DNA of 64,000 bases, taken from the NCBI GenBank assembly GCA_977018835.1, contig OZ361260.1, forward strand, positions 3,348,001-3,412,000, given 5' to 3'. The translations under genes were made by a program, and so were the position numbers. This DNA is from Minutocellus sp. GHC0000111. Its lineage: Eukaryota. This document shows positions 11,705 to 25,056 of the stretch, one piece after another; the stretch's first letter is position 1; each line of letters opens with the position of its first letter. Under the pieces are notes generated by a model. The model did no database searches and had not been told where the DNA came from. It saw nothing but the letters and a program-made list of their open reading frames with translations.

Positions 11705-12190
11705 GGCGGTCTCGTGAAAACGCTCTGTACAGGATCTACTCAAGGTCTGTGCCCGCATGGATGGCGGTAGCCAGGGGCGATGCTGTGTACAATTCGCCTG
11801 CCTTCGAGACGGAAGTCAAAGGTGGAGCCTACTCAGTTACATTTTACACCTATACCGCCGTGCACTCTCTGGTGCCATAGCTCGAGGATTGTCTCTACAC
11901 AAGCGATCGAGACTTCACTTTTTACGTGTCTCAAAAGAGGAGGCGGCTACATGTAGAGTAGCGGAAGAAGCCAAGTCTCATTTTGAGACTGGCCGATGTT
12001 CTGAGGGAAATGGATTCTCTGCTCGTCATTCGAGTAGAGAGTATGGGTACTACGAGCAATTCCGAGGTTACAGGAGCGGTCCTGAGTGCCATTACGAGTA
12101 AGAAAGACGACGTTTCTGCGGTATTCGCCTTTACCTTATTGATCTTATCCTCAAGATGACAGTCTGATAAACGTTTACGTAGATTTTACT
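11705..12190 (+). mobile_element. 5'-truncated 3' end of probable RLE non-LTR retrotransposon (copy B, frameshifted)
   Basis: Encodes nearly the same ~110 aa as 8564..8896 with mostly third-position differences. Has a 4-bp duplication, a +1 T and a 6-bp insertion. Shares the 3' motif TAAACGTYTACGTAGA. Confidence 0.55.
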
Positions 12191-12262
12191 TATACATGTA
12201 TGACCTATTAGGTAAATAAATGTACATTTGTAATAATATTGGAACTACGACTGTATAGATCT

Positions 12263-15200
12263 CTACGAATCTAAATCTTTCAGGTTGGCAGTGCTGCCCC
12301 TTTCGCTGCTGGTGCTGTGAAGCTGCATCTCCCACATGGCTCGGTATCGGCCGCCCTCCTTGGCCAGCAATTCTTCGTGGGTCCTTTCCTCAGCGACCAG
12401 ACCATCATTCAAAACGATGATCTTGTCGGCATTCCGCACAGTCCCAAGCCGGTGTGCAATCACGAGGCAGGTCCTATCAGAGCCCAATAGGTTGAGCGCC
12501 TCCTGAACAGAATTTTCAGTTACAGTGTCTGCAAAATTTTGGAAAGTTGGGGGTTGATGATGATCGAAGGGCGAGGTTAGATGCAATCTCCATGGATTTA
12601 TACAATCTATAATGCATGAAAATGCCGCTGTAGACAATAAAAAAACAAAACAACTAACTAAACTTGCCTAAAGCCGATGTCGCTTCGTCAAGGATGATCT
12701 GAATGGAGGAGGGAGGTGGAGAATAATAAGTCAAGCGAGGAAAGATTATTAGCGATAATAGTGTCCAGGCACACCAAAGAAACATTAGATCCAAAGCGCA
12801 ATCCCCTTTGCACGCTCTATACCAAACACTTACAAATTCTGGATTCTTGAGGAGACAGCGAGCAATGGCAGTCCTCTGCTTTTCGCCTCCAGAAAGTTTG
12901 AGTCCCCGATCTCAAACCATGGTATCCCACCCTTCCGGAAGCTGCTCAATGAAGTCAAGTAGCTGCGCATCCCTAGCGGCTTTCTCGAGCTCTTCGTCGG
13001 TCGCATCTCGCCTGCCATATAATACGTTGTTCTTGATGGTATCGTTGAACATTGTTGTTGCCTGCGGTACCACTCCGATCGCTTCGCGCAGACTTCTCTG
13101 GGTGATGGTGCGCACATCTCGTCCATTAACCTTGACTGCTCCTCCAAGAACGTCGTAAAAGCGAAATAGCAATCGACTTACAGTCGTTTTCCCCGCTCCA
13201 GTCGACCCAACCACAGCTGTTGTAGTACCTCTCTTCAGCTTGAAAGATAGACCCTTGAGACCCATAGCATCGGTTTGGGTTGGATAGTGAAACACGACAT
13301 GGTCAAATTCGACAGCAACGTCGGGTTCGTCGTCATTAGTTGAGGAGAGCGGAACAGCATCAGGCGCATCCGATACGTCGGGGGACTCTGCAAGGAGCTC
13401 ACTCAAATTGGCCAGGTCGATGAATGCCATTACAATGGCATTGTAGACGGAACCAAGGAAATTAAGAGGCAAAAATAGCTGCAGGGTATACGTCAAGACA
13501 GTGACAAAGTCCCCAACCTCCATTCCAGGGCATTCATTGTACGAGACATCTGCACAGCACTGCGTTGTTCCGTCTTCGCAGCCGAGAGATTCACAGCAGT
13601 CGTTCCGACGCTTGATTGCATATGTAGCCAGGGTCAAGGAAGTCGCGAGGCAGCATTGTAAAAGAAAATTCTGGCTAATGTTGAGGAAGGATAGACTTGC
13701 AGCAACGTTGACGCTACCAGACTGATATTTCTCAACCGCCGTTGCGTATCGCTTCATCTCAAAATCTTCTCCTGTGAAATATTTGACGGTTTCGAAGTTG
13801 ACCAATGAGTCTGTACAAATATCGTGAAAGTCGTTGTCACTCTTGGTCACCTGCTTGCGAAACTTCTTTCGCCAGAGTGTAACGAGCACCGTCCACGTCA
13901 TGTAGACAAACACGAAGAAGAACACGGAAACGGCCAAAGGGAAGTAATTGAAGTAGGTGGCGAAGATGATGACCACCAAAAGGCATTCGACGATGGCAGG
14001 AAGAAGCCATAGGAACATGAACTTCATCAGGGTGTCGCACGCCGCAATACCTCTGTCCATCGACCGGAGGACTTCGCCTAGCTTCTTTTTGAGATGCCAA
14101 TCTAAGCTGAGGGAGTGAAGATGCCGGAAGGATACCTCGGAGAGTTGCACAAATGCCGCCTGGGCCACTTTGAGGTAAACCAGCGATTGGCTCTCCTTGA
14201 AGAAGCTTCCTGCAAAGTTGAGCGTCGCGTAGAGGCACGCATATCTCACGCAATTGGCGTAGTCGGCCCGGGAAAGCGCGGTAGAGGCTCGTCCGAGGAG
14301 GATCGGGGCGGTCAGATTGCAAGCCTTGGCGCTTCCCACGCACACCCACGTCATGGCAGCGCGTAGACGATTGGTGAATGCCGAGGTGGCGGTGGCATCG
14401 GGCCAGAAGTACGGTTTCAGGGTCACCAATATCGCGCGCTTGGACAGAGATGCCTTCTTCTCGCCCTTGGTCTTGGGTACTGGATATCGGCATACCTTGC
14501 CTTCGACCAACGCCAGCGCGGCATAAACGACCAACACGGCAAGGGTTGCCCAATCGGCCGATGTGGGAGATCGACTCTCGGTGCCATCGGATGCCGGCCA
14601 TGCCAACAGTACGATGCACCCAACCAACAGGATGAGGGCGCTAAAGCTATACATGAGCCGTTGGAAGGACGTGAAGCGGTGACGAGCATAATCGCGAACG
14701 TTGAGCACGAGGCCGACGAAAACGGCCACGGCTGAACATCCCAGGGGAATGGCCGAGTACACAGCATCGCGATAGGGAGCAGACGGTGACGACGGAAGGG
14801 CCGATAGGATGCAGGCCACCAGCAGGTAAATAAATGCCGTCACATGAACAGCCGCTGATATCGCTGGCATGTGCTTCTCCAGACCGACCTTGGGTTCTTC
14901 TTCCGAGGCGAGACCGTCGGTGCCTTCCTCGTCAGCAAAGGCACTCTCGGTAGTATTGGCAAGGGTGCCAGCGCCAGCGCGAACGCCAGTGGAACCCAGA
15001 AATCGCATCGATTTGCGTCCCGCGATACCGCCGATGGACAACCTCCCATCGAAGACGCGGGTGGTCGACGCACGCTTTTCAGTGGAACGGCGACGGGCCC
15101 TACCAGCGCCGATGCCCAAGATGCTGCTCCTGTGCCGTCCGTCCTTGGCGGCGGGTCCTGCACCATCGCCGGTGCCGTTCGCGTTGGAGCCACCCTTGCT

Positions 15201-15344
15201 CTGCTGCTTGCCCGACTCGATTTTGGCGTCGTCCTTGTTCATCTGCATCGACGCGGTCGACACGAGATCGGCGACCAAGCGGAACAGATGGACCGTCGCG
15301 CCCACGCCGCTGGCCACGATGGCACTCTGCGGGGTGGAGCTCAT
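12263..15344 (-). pseudogene. ABCB half-transporter (HMT1/ABCB6/ATM1 family) with nonsense codon before the signature motif
   Basis: 'FRHLHSLSLDWHLKKKLGEVLRSMDRG', 'DSLVNFETVKYF', Walker A 'GSTGAGKTT', then 'TMV*DRGLKLSGGEKQR' with TGA (12914-12912) where Gly is expected. Two 3' introns lead to 'ILDEATSAL|DTVTE...IAHRL'. Confidence 0.85.
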
Positions 15345-15872
15345 GGTTGGGAGGGGGTATTCGATGATTCAAATGGCTGCTCGGAGAATGAGATCAGATC
15401 GTCATCTTCGTCGTTCTTCGCGTCATTCTCAAGTTTCGCCGGCGGCGAACTTCGCCGGGGGATAAGTACTCCTCATATGTAAGAGTTGAGTATTATGTAT
15501 CAAGAAATGTCCATTAAGGAGTGTACATGGGGTCTGTTCGCTTCCCCGCCAAACAAAGACGGCCATCCCGCCAGAGTGGCCAGAGTCAGTCCAGAGTTGC
15601 CGCTACCGCTGCTGCTGCCGCGTGCTTTGTCATACAAGCTGCGTGCTTTGACTGATAGGAGCAGTAGTCTGCCAGTGCGCGAGGCTTGATAGCTGGCACA
15701 TCTTGTGCGCTTTTCGTGAGTCTTTAGATTATCGGCCCAGCAGAGGCAGGTCTGACCAACTGACCGCCAACGGGTTACTGCCTCACACAACTCACAACCA
15801 CTCCGCTCGCTCCCATACCGGGTCTCCGCTGGACTACGTAGCTACGTAGCTAATAGCTGCAACGCGCTCATA

Positions 15873-18800
15873 ATGAGTTCGGAAGACGCCGGAGGTCGTC
15901 CCGTTGGTCCAGAGCCGATGGATGTTGTGCAGAATGAGGGTGGTGGCGGCCAAAATGAGACAATGGACGCTGCTGGCGAAGACTCCGTCCTCGACGTTAC
16001 CTTTGAAACTGCCCACGGCGATATTGAGGAAGAAGACGAAGAAGAAGAGGAAGAAGAGATATCCGACATCGATCTCGACTGCTACCCGTACACCTTCTCG
16101 CCTCTTCTGCTGTTTGCCGAGTCCAAGTATTTCGATAAGGGCCATTCCAACTACAATGCCGTGTCGCAATTCTTCAACCCGGTCCTACGCAATCCCGACG
16201 ACCCCGACGACGACATTGACATGCTCCACAACGTCGTCTACGATCGCAAGAACATGCTGTACGAGGATCTGCTCAACTACGTCATCGACAACGAGTGTCT
16301 GGTAACGTGCTGCATCGAGGCGCACTTCACGTCCTTCAAGATGTTCCGGCAGGGCAAAACGCCGGTCTTGGTCCATTACGATCCCATGAGGAGGGAGTTG
16401 CAGATGGGCCAGGGACAGGACGCGAGAAGGTTTGCTATCTTTATGATGATGAAATGCAACTACGGCGATGGGCAGCACATTCAGGACAACAAGGATCACT
16501 ACATGGGCAATGCCACCAACAAGGTCCGGCAGTACATCTACCACACTTGGAAGAAGATCCACCAGGTCGATAGGAGCGGCGTGTATCTGAGCGGTATTCG
16601 GCTCAACCTGAACCGATACGTCCTGTTCAATCAAAAGAATGGCTTCACTGCCATGTCGACACAGCTTACTGGCAATACGTGCTACTTCCAGACCTTTCTG
16701 TAAGTACATCATCGGTGTGTTGATGCAAAATCTATTTATACCATATCAATCTATTGCATCTCTATCCATAAATCTCACATCGGTTTTCATCCACTTGCAC
16801 CTTTCAGCTTTGCCCTCCTTTGCAAGGCTGGCAAGATTAAGTTGAGCAAAGATGGCAAATCGGTTGACATAGAAGATGTTGAAAGAGTCGAAGAGATCGC
16901 GGCTCGGATCTCTCGCTTCCTCTTGGAGTTTTTCGTTGAGGAGACCGAAGGTGGCCGCGCCCTCCTCCGACCTTTGACGAACAGTAATTTTGTTTGCGAC
17001 TTCTACCGTTACAAGGAAGCACCGTACTTTGCGCTTCTGACTGACTTTCTCCAGCATAGCAAGTACGGTGGAGAAGTGCCGGACTATGAGAAGCAGTACC
17101 AGGACGTGATGCAGTATTACCAGGAGACCAAGTGCCTGCACAAGTACGGCAGATTCCTACTTGGAGGAGCCACCGCGTCCTCTCCCAACACCAAGTCCTT
17201 GACTTTCGTCAACAACTTTGATGGAGCCGCTGCGCTATTGTCGCAGTCTGACTATTACAAGTATCGCTCTTCGTCGTTCATGTTTGGTTTCAACACAAAG
17301 ATCATGAAAGATATCGGTGATTTTTGCGCCTTCAATTCGTTTCGGAAGAATCAGATGCTTCATTGCTACGAAGAGCTTCGTCCTATGGTAAATGGCAATG
17401 CCAGAGCCATTATGGAGGCCAAAGGCGCCAATGTGTATCGCGACTATTACTTCATGGGACAGTTCGAGGTGGGACAACAGGAACTGATTGACCTCCACCA
17501 TCACACCTTCCTGATCGATCTGTTGGCAGTGACGAACCTCGACGATAATTTGGAACGACGCGTGGTGGCTGCCAATCAAGTCATGCTCCAGCACACTCTC
17601 TTTTCGACGAGCAAGCGCCACAATTATGAGAAAATACTTTCAACTAGTGACTTTATGAAAACGAAGAAGTATCGCGAGTTTCAGAGGTACTTCATGAGCA
17701 TCAACTGGTTTGATACGTTTTGTGGTCTTGGGTTTGATCAAATTCCCATGAGTGAAAAGGAGGTCAATTGCCTCACCAAGACACTTTTCTACACGATGGA
17801 ATTGATGAAATTTAAGCAACACCACAATGAGTATGACTTTGAAAAGGAGGCAGTGAACAATTTGGCGAGAACATCGCTTCGGCAATATTCTGCACAGTAC
17901 AATGACAGGTTCGACATGTCGAAAAAATACAAGGTCCATGCCAAGATCGGCCATGGATTCACTTACTCCAAGTACAATACGCTGATGCACTTTCTCAACG
18001 TCGTTCAGAGTTACTGGAGGAATCCCGATCTGAGTAATATTTCCGTCTTTGGCAAGGACATTCGTACGCTCCTTGCGATTTCCTCTCAGAAGGTCTTCTT
18101 TGAGGATCACCACTGTGGTTTTTACCACTACGGTCCGTTCGAAATCCCTGCAGGGGGGTATTACTCAAATGGTCACTATTACGACCTTGCGGTCGCGCAG
18201 AGTCTTGATAAGTGCGCCCCAAGCGTGGCTACAGGCAACAAGGGCGTGAATGACCTCATAGTCACAGATAGGGTCTATGAATTCAATTATCTCAAGGGAA
18301 TCCTGGAAAGCGTCTTTGAGAGCGCCGACGGCGTCCAATTCAAGACGGACAATGAGGTTCTGAACCTATCCCTCCTATCTCTTATGCTTGATTTTGGATT
18401 GTATCAGCGCTTCGTTGGGTTGCTGAACCTCAAGTTTTTGAATGAATTGCAGCACAAGGGCGATACAAAGGAATTGCAGGTGGAAGTGGCCAACATGATC
18501 TATGAATTTGATCGGAAGAATTCCGCTGATTCCATCACTCGCAGCCGAGTCGAAGAGCTGATCTATGAGACGTCCTACAAATTCCTAGGTACGTTTCCTC
18601 AGGCAGTTGCTAGCTTGTTTTTTTTGCCTTGCTTTTAAAATCATCGTTTGGGCGCCGGGCCTACTGACCCGTATGTCTCTTGTCTAACCATTTCCTTCTT
18701 CCACCTCAACACAAATAATATCACCACAGTCAATAAGAATCTGGACCTTCGAAGCCATCAGTTCAAGATCATTCGAATGCTCAACTCTGATCCTGACTAC

Positions 18801-21800
18801 CAGAGCTACGTACTTCTCGTCAAGATTTACATGTCTCTCTGTAACATCAACAAGTCCGTGGAGGTGGATTACTACAAGGTGAAGTGCGATGGCGAGTTCC
18901 GCATCATCATCCCCCGCACCTTCAGCAAGATTACCAGCGAATATCTCGAAGACGTTAGCGTCCGCTATACCTTTTCGGAGAGCGAGGGCATTATGAAATA
19001 CGATGACTTGCCTGTCTTTGATTTGAGGCCTCATCAACCTGAGATTGAGTTGTTCAGGGTGCGCTTTGACCCCGCAACGGATGTTCAGGTAAGTGAGGTA
19101 GATAAATCCATACAAATGCAGAACAAACAATTCGTCTATGCGCTTCTCCCTTCCCCCATCGGGAAGCTTTGGTCGAATTTTCCTCACCGTCTTTGCTCCT
19201 TCTCGTATATGTTTTAATCCAAAAGTCCATGGTAAAATACATTGAGGTGGAGAATGCCTTTCGGGTGATGGATGAGTCCAAAGAGCAGTACATCATGTTC
19301 GTCTCAGATAATGCACTTCTCATTGACATTCCCGATGGCAACCGCCGTCGGATGAAGATGCAAGTCAACAACATTCCTGTCGAGATTGCTACCATCTTCT
19401 TCAACGAGGCAATCTCATTCGTTCCGTGCTTTAAGTACACCGACAGCGAGGACGTTATCTTGTTCACTTCTCGTAATTTCCATTTCCACGTGGATAATGG
19501 AGGCCAATTCGATGTCAACTATTACGGTATGAGGCACGAATTGATTGAGCTATTGACCTCGATTGAAACCTACGTCGACCTGAATGACAATCATCAGTTC
19601 AAGGAATACAAACTCAGCGAGTTGCTTACAGAGTCCAAGACTGTGTTCTACTTCCCGGACTATTTGATGCAGGTGACGAATCGCCAGGAGCTCATCAACC
19701 TGATGGATTTGGCGATTCACTTACGCAACATTCCGTTCTTCCTGCTTACATTCTTCTACCTCAACCGAACCTCTATTGACATCGGCGTTGTCGAAAGAGG
19801 AAAGAACATTCTGGGACCATGGAGAGAGGCTGTCATTAATGGTCTCGGTGAAGGGAACATCCGCAAGAATAAGCACTACACAGAAATCTTCGAGAGGCAA
19901 TTCTTTGATTTGAATCAGTACCAAAACCTTTCCCTTGATGACTTCGTTGATCAGCTTTGCGACAACTTTACCAAATATCAGCGATTCGTCGACGGCCAGT
20001 ATCAGATCATCCCTAGGGCCAAGCAACGAGATTTCCTAAAGCGAATTATTTGTGCCGAGGAATGCTTTCACTTCAGCGAGGTCGGTACGGGAAAAACAAA
20101 AGTTATTCTGCCTCTTTTGTGCCAAGCCTTCCTATCAAATAATGCAGAAGTGCACAAATACCTTATGCGCGGAGGCAAGGCCAAGGATACGTTGATTGTC
20201 CTTGTCCCTGAGCATTTATTGACAGATGCCCGCGCTCAGGTGTATCGTTACTGTCTTAATCTGAATTTCGGAGAGAACTACCGCGTCTATGACGATATTT
20301 TTGCTCTCAAGCATGACAAGGTCAATTTTAGCTCATCTCGATCTACGCAGAACAAGGTTTCCAAACAGATCTTCATCACGTCTTTCAACTCGCTGAAGAA
20401 GGCTCTCACGGATGATGTTATTGGGAGAAAGATGAAAGCGCATCGACAACACGTCCTGATTGTAGCCGACGAGGTCGACGACTTCCTTGACCGCAACAAA
20501 CTCGTCTTCAATATCTGCTCGAACAAGAACAATTCGTTTGAGAGGTCGACGCTCGATCTCTTCTATGAGACATCTCGCGCAGCATATTATGAAAAGGGTT
20601 GTCCGAGCATGCTCGAGGACTCTTCAGAAAATCCGAGGTATTGGGAGCAGCTCTACAACAAGATGCGAGCCATCTTTGTTGAAATCCAGGATGCCAGTAA
20701 GTCCATCAATAAGAGCTTTGGTATTTTCAACGAGCGCACCCTCCGTCACTGCGTGTCCAATATCTCCCATGACATTGAAGGTTACAAATCGCTCATCGCC
20801 CGTCCCTACGAGTCGGTCAATCGAGCAATGCCGGGTTCGTATTACTCTGATGTGGAGAGGACCATTTTCCTCACCTTTGTGATTCTCACAGAAGACATTG
20901 CCAAGTACGACGAACTGTTCCAAAACGAACGCAAATTCATTAGTTATGAGTACTGGAACGAACACTTCATTCACCAGTTGGACTTTGATGACCTCGTTTA
21001 TGGTCACGAAAAGCTGTCCGAGATCTGCGAGAAACATCCCGAGGCGAAGGATGGGCTAACCCGCTTCCTCTATGAGATCATATTGAGACGAATGGAAATT
21101 CGGGACAAGTCGAGGTCTGTCAATTCTATTGATATAATTTTTAGCTTTGACTGCATAGGCTTCACGGGCACTCCCTTTTTGGACAATTACCCAACGGCTT
21201 CCTACATCCGTCATGGACGAAAGGATGGTGAGTTGCATGTTTGATAATGTGTTTTGTACCAACTTACCTCGGGGACACTACTCACCCAGGGAACACTACT
21301 CACCCACCATGTCAAACCGCTCTCCCTCTTCACCCATCTTTCGCTAATTTCTCTCCTCTCATCGTCTCTAATACAGATATCCCCGATATGATTGATCGTC
21401 ACTTCTACGCCTACACCAGTGAAAAGCTGCCCCAAGATGAATTCCAACGTCGATTTGCCTCGTTTCAGGGGCAAAACAATAATGTCATGGTGCGCTACGC
21501 TCCATCAGACTTTATTCGTCAGAGTCCCGACGAAATGGCAACCTTAGAGACTATTTTTGAACGAGAGGAAGAAACGATGGGCAATATCAATGCTGATGGC
21601 CATGGGGCAACGGCCCCGGCGCGTGCGCCAGCTTTTAATGCCCTTGTGGATTTGTGTGGAGTTTTCAAGCGTTCATCAATCTTGGATGTTGCCAAGCGCA
21701 TCAAGAAACATTTTGGCCCCGACAGATTCCATTACCTTTATCACATTGACCAAAAAGATAACAGCGACCGCGTCCTCTGCCTCAAGACGGGTAACGACAT

Positions 21801-23559
21801 CCAGTACGATGAAGAATTCTACAAGTATCTGTGCAAGACATATGGTGCCGACCTTCGCGATCACATTTTCTTCTTTGTTGACAATCGGAACGTCATCGGC
21901 AAGGACATACCCTTCCAACTGATCTACCAGAAGCACTACGGCCGGGCCCTCTTTACCAAGAGCGTTGTGATCGCTCACGATGTTGACGATTTCAGCAAGA
22001 TTTGGCAGGCCATGGGCCGCTCGAGGACGATGAATCAGACTGAATTCAGCATCTACAAGAGCGATATCCCGAGCGAGCTGCTGCAGCAGATGGGCGATGG
22101 AGGGGCGCAGGACATCAAGGCCCTTGATTTGACTCGCCTGCTCTACGTGTCAAATTGCGACCGGAAGATGGCAGGCAATATCTCATCCATCTACCTCACC
22201 CTGATTGCACTCTACAATCTCGCCAGGGAGAACTTTTACTGTTCCGATAAGATTGTGAATGTCTTTTTGGATAAGATGGATGGTACCATCACGAACAAGG
22301 TTGTGGGACACGAGAATGAGCTTGTTCACGAAGTGCTTGGTAGATCTGTACAGGCCGGAATTCTGCAGCATATCCTTTCCGATAAGTTCAGTAAAAGCCC
22401 CGAGGCGACCGTGTCGGAGGAAAGTCTCGACCGCGAGAAGCTCGAGCTTCTCCTTCGGCAGATTGTGCAACAAAAGTACGAACAACGGTCGCGATCGGGA
22501 GACATCTTTGACGATCTCATCCTCTTTTTATCGGGTGAACAAAAGAGTTTGATGGAGATTAGCTACACCAAGCAGCACCAAAAGCAGAAGCAAAAACAAC
22601 AGAACAAGAACCAGGACAGCGATGCCATGGGACTTTTTGACGAAAGACATCGTTTCAGCATCAAGCTATCTAGCTCGTCGTATTTTGAAGATTCTCGAGA
22701 AGGCCTTGAAGATCAAACCAAAAGCATGCTTAACATGCCATTTTCCGTCCCAATTCTGTCCCTCGATTACACTATTGGTGAGAAGCGCCAAGCCATCAAC
22801 GTGTACCCCACAATGCAGTTTCTGTACTCGCACCACATCCGCCAAGAGTACATTGACGACAAAGTCAGGGGAATTATTCATGCGAAGCGATCGTTTGACG
22901 AGTACTACGATGATTTCATCTTGAGTGCGAGGCAAATGAAGCAAGACCTTGAGCAAGAGCAGGCATCAAGTAATAGCACAGCAGGTGGTTCCAACGGACA
23001 TCATTCCATCCAGGATAGCATTCAAGTCAATATCAACCACGTCCGACAAAATCCCCAGTATACCATCGCCGCGATCGAGCCTGGAATTTACGTGATTGGC
23101 ATGAAGGACCAATTCAACAGCTTCGATCTTCGCATGCAACGGTTGAGGAAGGATGTCCACTACATCGTTGACGAGATGGGTTTCGTACTATTTGATAGAA
23201 CGGCCAGTCAAAGCGTTGACGAATTTGGCCCCTACTACATCGAGCAATACATCATTATGGAGCTACTGTCCAAGCACGAGGTGGCGCAGAATGTGCTGGA
23301 TTACTACCGCGACCACAAGGAGACCCTTCAGCGCGGTCTCAACTCCTACGACGAGAAGCAGGGCAAGGGTTTTGTTTGCTGGCGTTTCCTCATCAACGAA
23401 ACGGCCAAGGCAATGGCTGCTGCCGCAGCAGCGGCTGAAGCTTCCAATGGTGCCGATGCCGCTCCTAGCAGAGGTGCTTCGCCGGGTGCGCGAGAAGACG
23501 AAAGGCAGAACGATAGCGACATGGAAAGCGTCAGCAAGAAGATACGAAAGGAGCTTTGA
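15873..23559 (+). CDS. ~2,383-aa protein: N-terminal CE-clan-like cysteine peptidase motifs plus DUF3638-like SF2 helicase/ATPase region
   Basis: Exons 15873-16699, 16808-18588, 18730-19088, 19226-21227, 21377-23559; all GT-AG, total 7152 nt, open. Motifs 'AHFTSF...HYDP...QLTGNTCYF', 'EVGTGKTKVILP', 'ADEVDD', 'GFTGT', 'WQAMGRSR'. Confidence 0.85.
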
Positions 23560-23730
23560 GAGTATTAGATTCGAGCCAGTCTTCTTCTTTTGGCACTGCA
23601 GATGGTGCAGAATAGCTACTAGTAATATATCAAGTACTTTCTTGTACAATCAATTACTGCGATACATTTCATCTACCATTGCTACGTAGTAGTACAGTAG
23701 AGCTAGCTAGCATAATCAATTTTACGTTCA

Positions 23731-25056
23731 CTACTCGTACTCATCCTCGTCCTCCAAATCGGATTGCAAAAGGACGTCGGTGGCTTTGACCCTCTCGATC
23801 TCTCCATTGTCGAATTCCACCTCATACACCACCCCACCGGCTGCGCCGTCTTCTCCCACGTCCAGCACGTCGACGTCCTTGATGATGGCAGCGTACTTGT
23901 TCCCGTCCGTCCACTTGACGAGAACATCTTCTCCCACCTCCTTTGGCTTGAAGGAGGAGGACGAAGCGGACGTCGCCGCCGAGGAGGAGGCAGCTCTACT
24001 TGCTCTACTACTCGCTGTTCTACCGGCAGTTGGAGCGCCACCACTGTTCTTCTTACTGCTGCCAGAGGAAGCAGAAGGTCGAGATCTTCCAGTCCCCACC
24101 GGCCTTGGCTGCGATCGACCTGCCCTGGCTCCCGGGAAGGCTGTGGATGATGTCGTCGTCGATGATTTTGCTTGACCGGTACTCGCACCTTTGGCCTTGC
24201 TTCCTGGTCCGTGGAGAGGAGGCGCTGGAGGAGGAGGGGTAACGGAGGAGATGGTAGCAGTAGCAGGCTTGGCCTGGTTGAGGGCCTTGAGGAAGCTGAG
24301 CGCAGCCTCCGGCGGGGCATCTCCTTCGTCGGCATGTGCATGTGCGTGTGCGTGACCATGGGCAAGCTGCTGCTGGTGCTGCTGCTGTTGGTGGTGCTGC
24401 TGGTGCTGCTGGTGCATCATCCTCTGCCGCTTCGCCGGCGGACCGCCCACCCCATGCCCATGCCCACCTGTGAGGCTGCCCTTCCTCTGCTGGCTGTGCG
24501 GTGCCCCCTTGGCGCTGCCGGCGGCCTTGGCCGCGGCGGCCACCGCCGCCATGGACGACCTGGCGCGGGGCATCTGCTGCTTCTGCCCCCCTCCAACGCC
24601 TGCCGGGGTGCCGCCCATACCGCCTGGCGACGTAGAAGGATAGTCGAGGCCGCGCTTCCCGTGCATCCCGCCGCCGCCGCCGGCGTTCGACTGCTCTTTC
24701 CTCCCAATGACGTCGGCTGCCGACTTGACCCGCCGGTACATTCCCAGTAGCTTGTCGCCTGCGCCGTTGTCGCCACCATTAGGACTGCCTTGGCCGCTGC
24801 CTGGCTTAGAATAACTGCCGAGGAGAAGGCGGCACGCATCCCGCATGGTGTCTGGACGGAGGACGGCACATGCCGCGCGGTACTGCTCGGCCGTTACTAC
24901 CTGTGCTGTGCCACGGGGCGCTCTACCACCGCCCGAAGCTGCTGCCGAATGCTTCTGGCGTCTCTTGGGTGATGCCGCCGATGCCATTGCCGAAGTCGAA
25001 GCACGCCTGACGTGCTCGGCCGATACGAAAAAAAATGAAGACGCTTGCAGCGGCAT
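23731..25056 (-). CDS. Low-complexity protein with C-terminal Tudor-like domain (true start may be an internal Met)
   Basis: G/A/S/Q/H-rich body ending 'VGEDVLVKWTDGNKYAAII...YEVEFDNGEIERVKATDV'. Confidence 0.7.
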   Translation of the reverse strand: MPLQASSFFFVSAEHVRRASTSAMASAASPKRRQKHSAAASGGGRAPRGTAQVVTAEQYRAACAVLRPDTMRDACRLLLGSYSKPGSGQGSPNGGDNGAGDKLLGMYRRVKSAADVIGRKEQSNAGGGGGMHGKRGLDYPSTSPGGMGGTPAGVGGGQKQQMPRARSSMAAVAAAAKAAGSAKGAPHSQQRKGSLTGGHGHGVGGPPAKRQRMMHQQHQQHHQQQQHQQQLAHGHAHAHAHADEGDAPPEAALSFLKALNQAKPATATISSVTPPPPAPPLHGPGSKAKGASTGQAKSSTTTSSTAFPGARAGRSQPRPVGTGRSRPSASSGSSKKNSGGAPTAGRTASSRASRAASSSAATSASSSSFKPKEVGEDVLVKWTDGNKYAAIIKDVDVLDVGEDGAAGGVVYEVEFDNGEIERVKATDVLLQSDLEDEDEYE

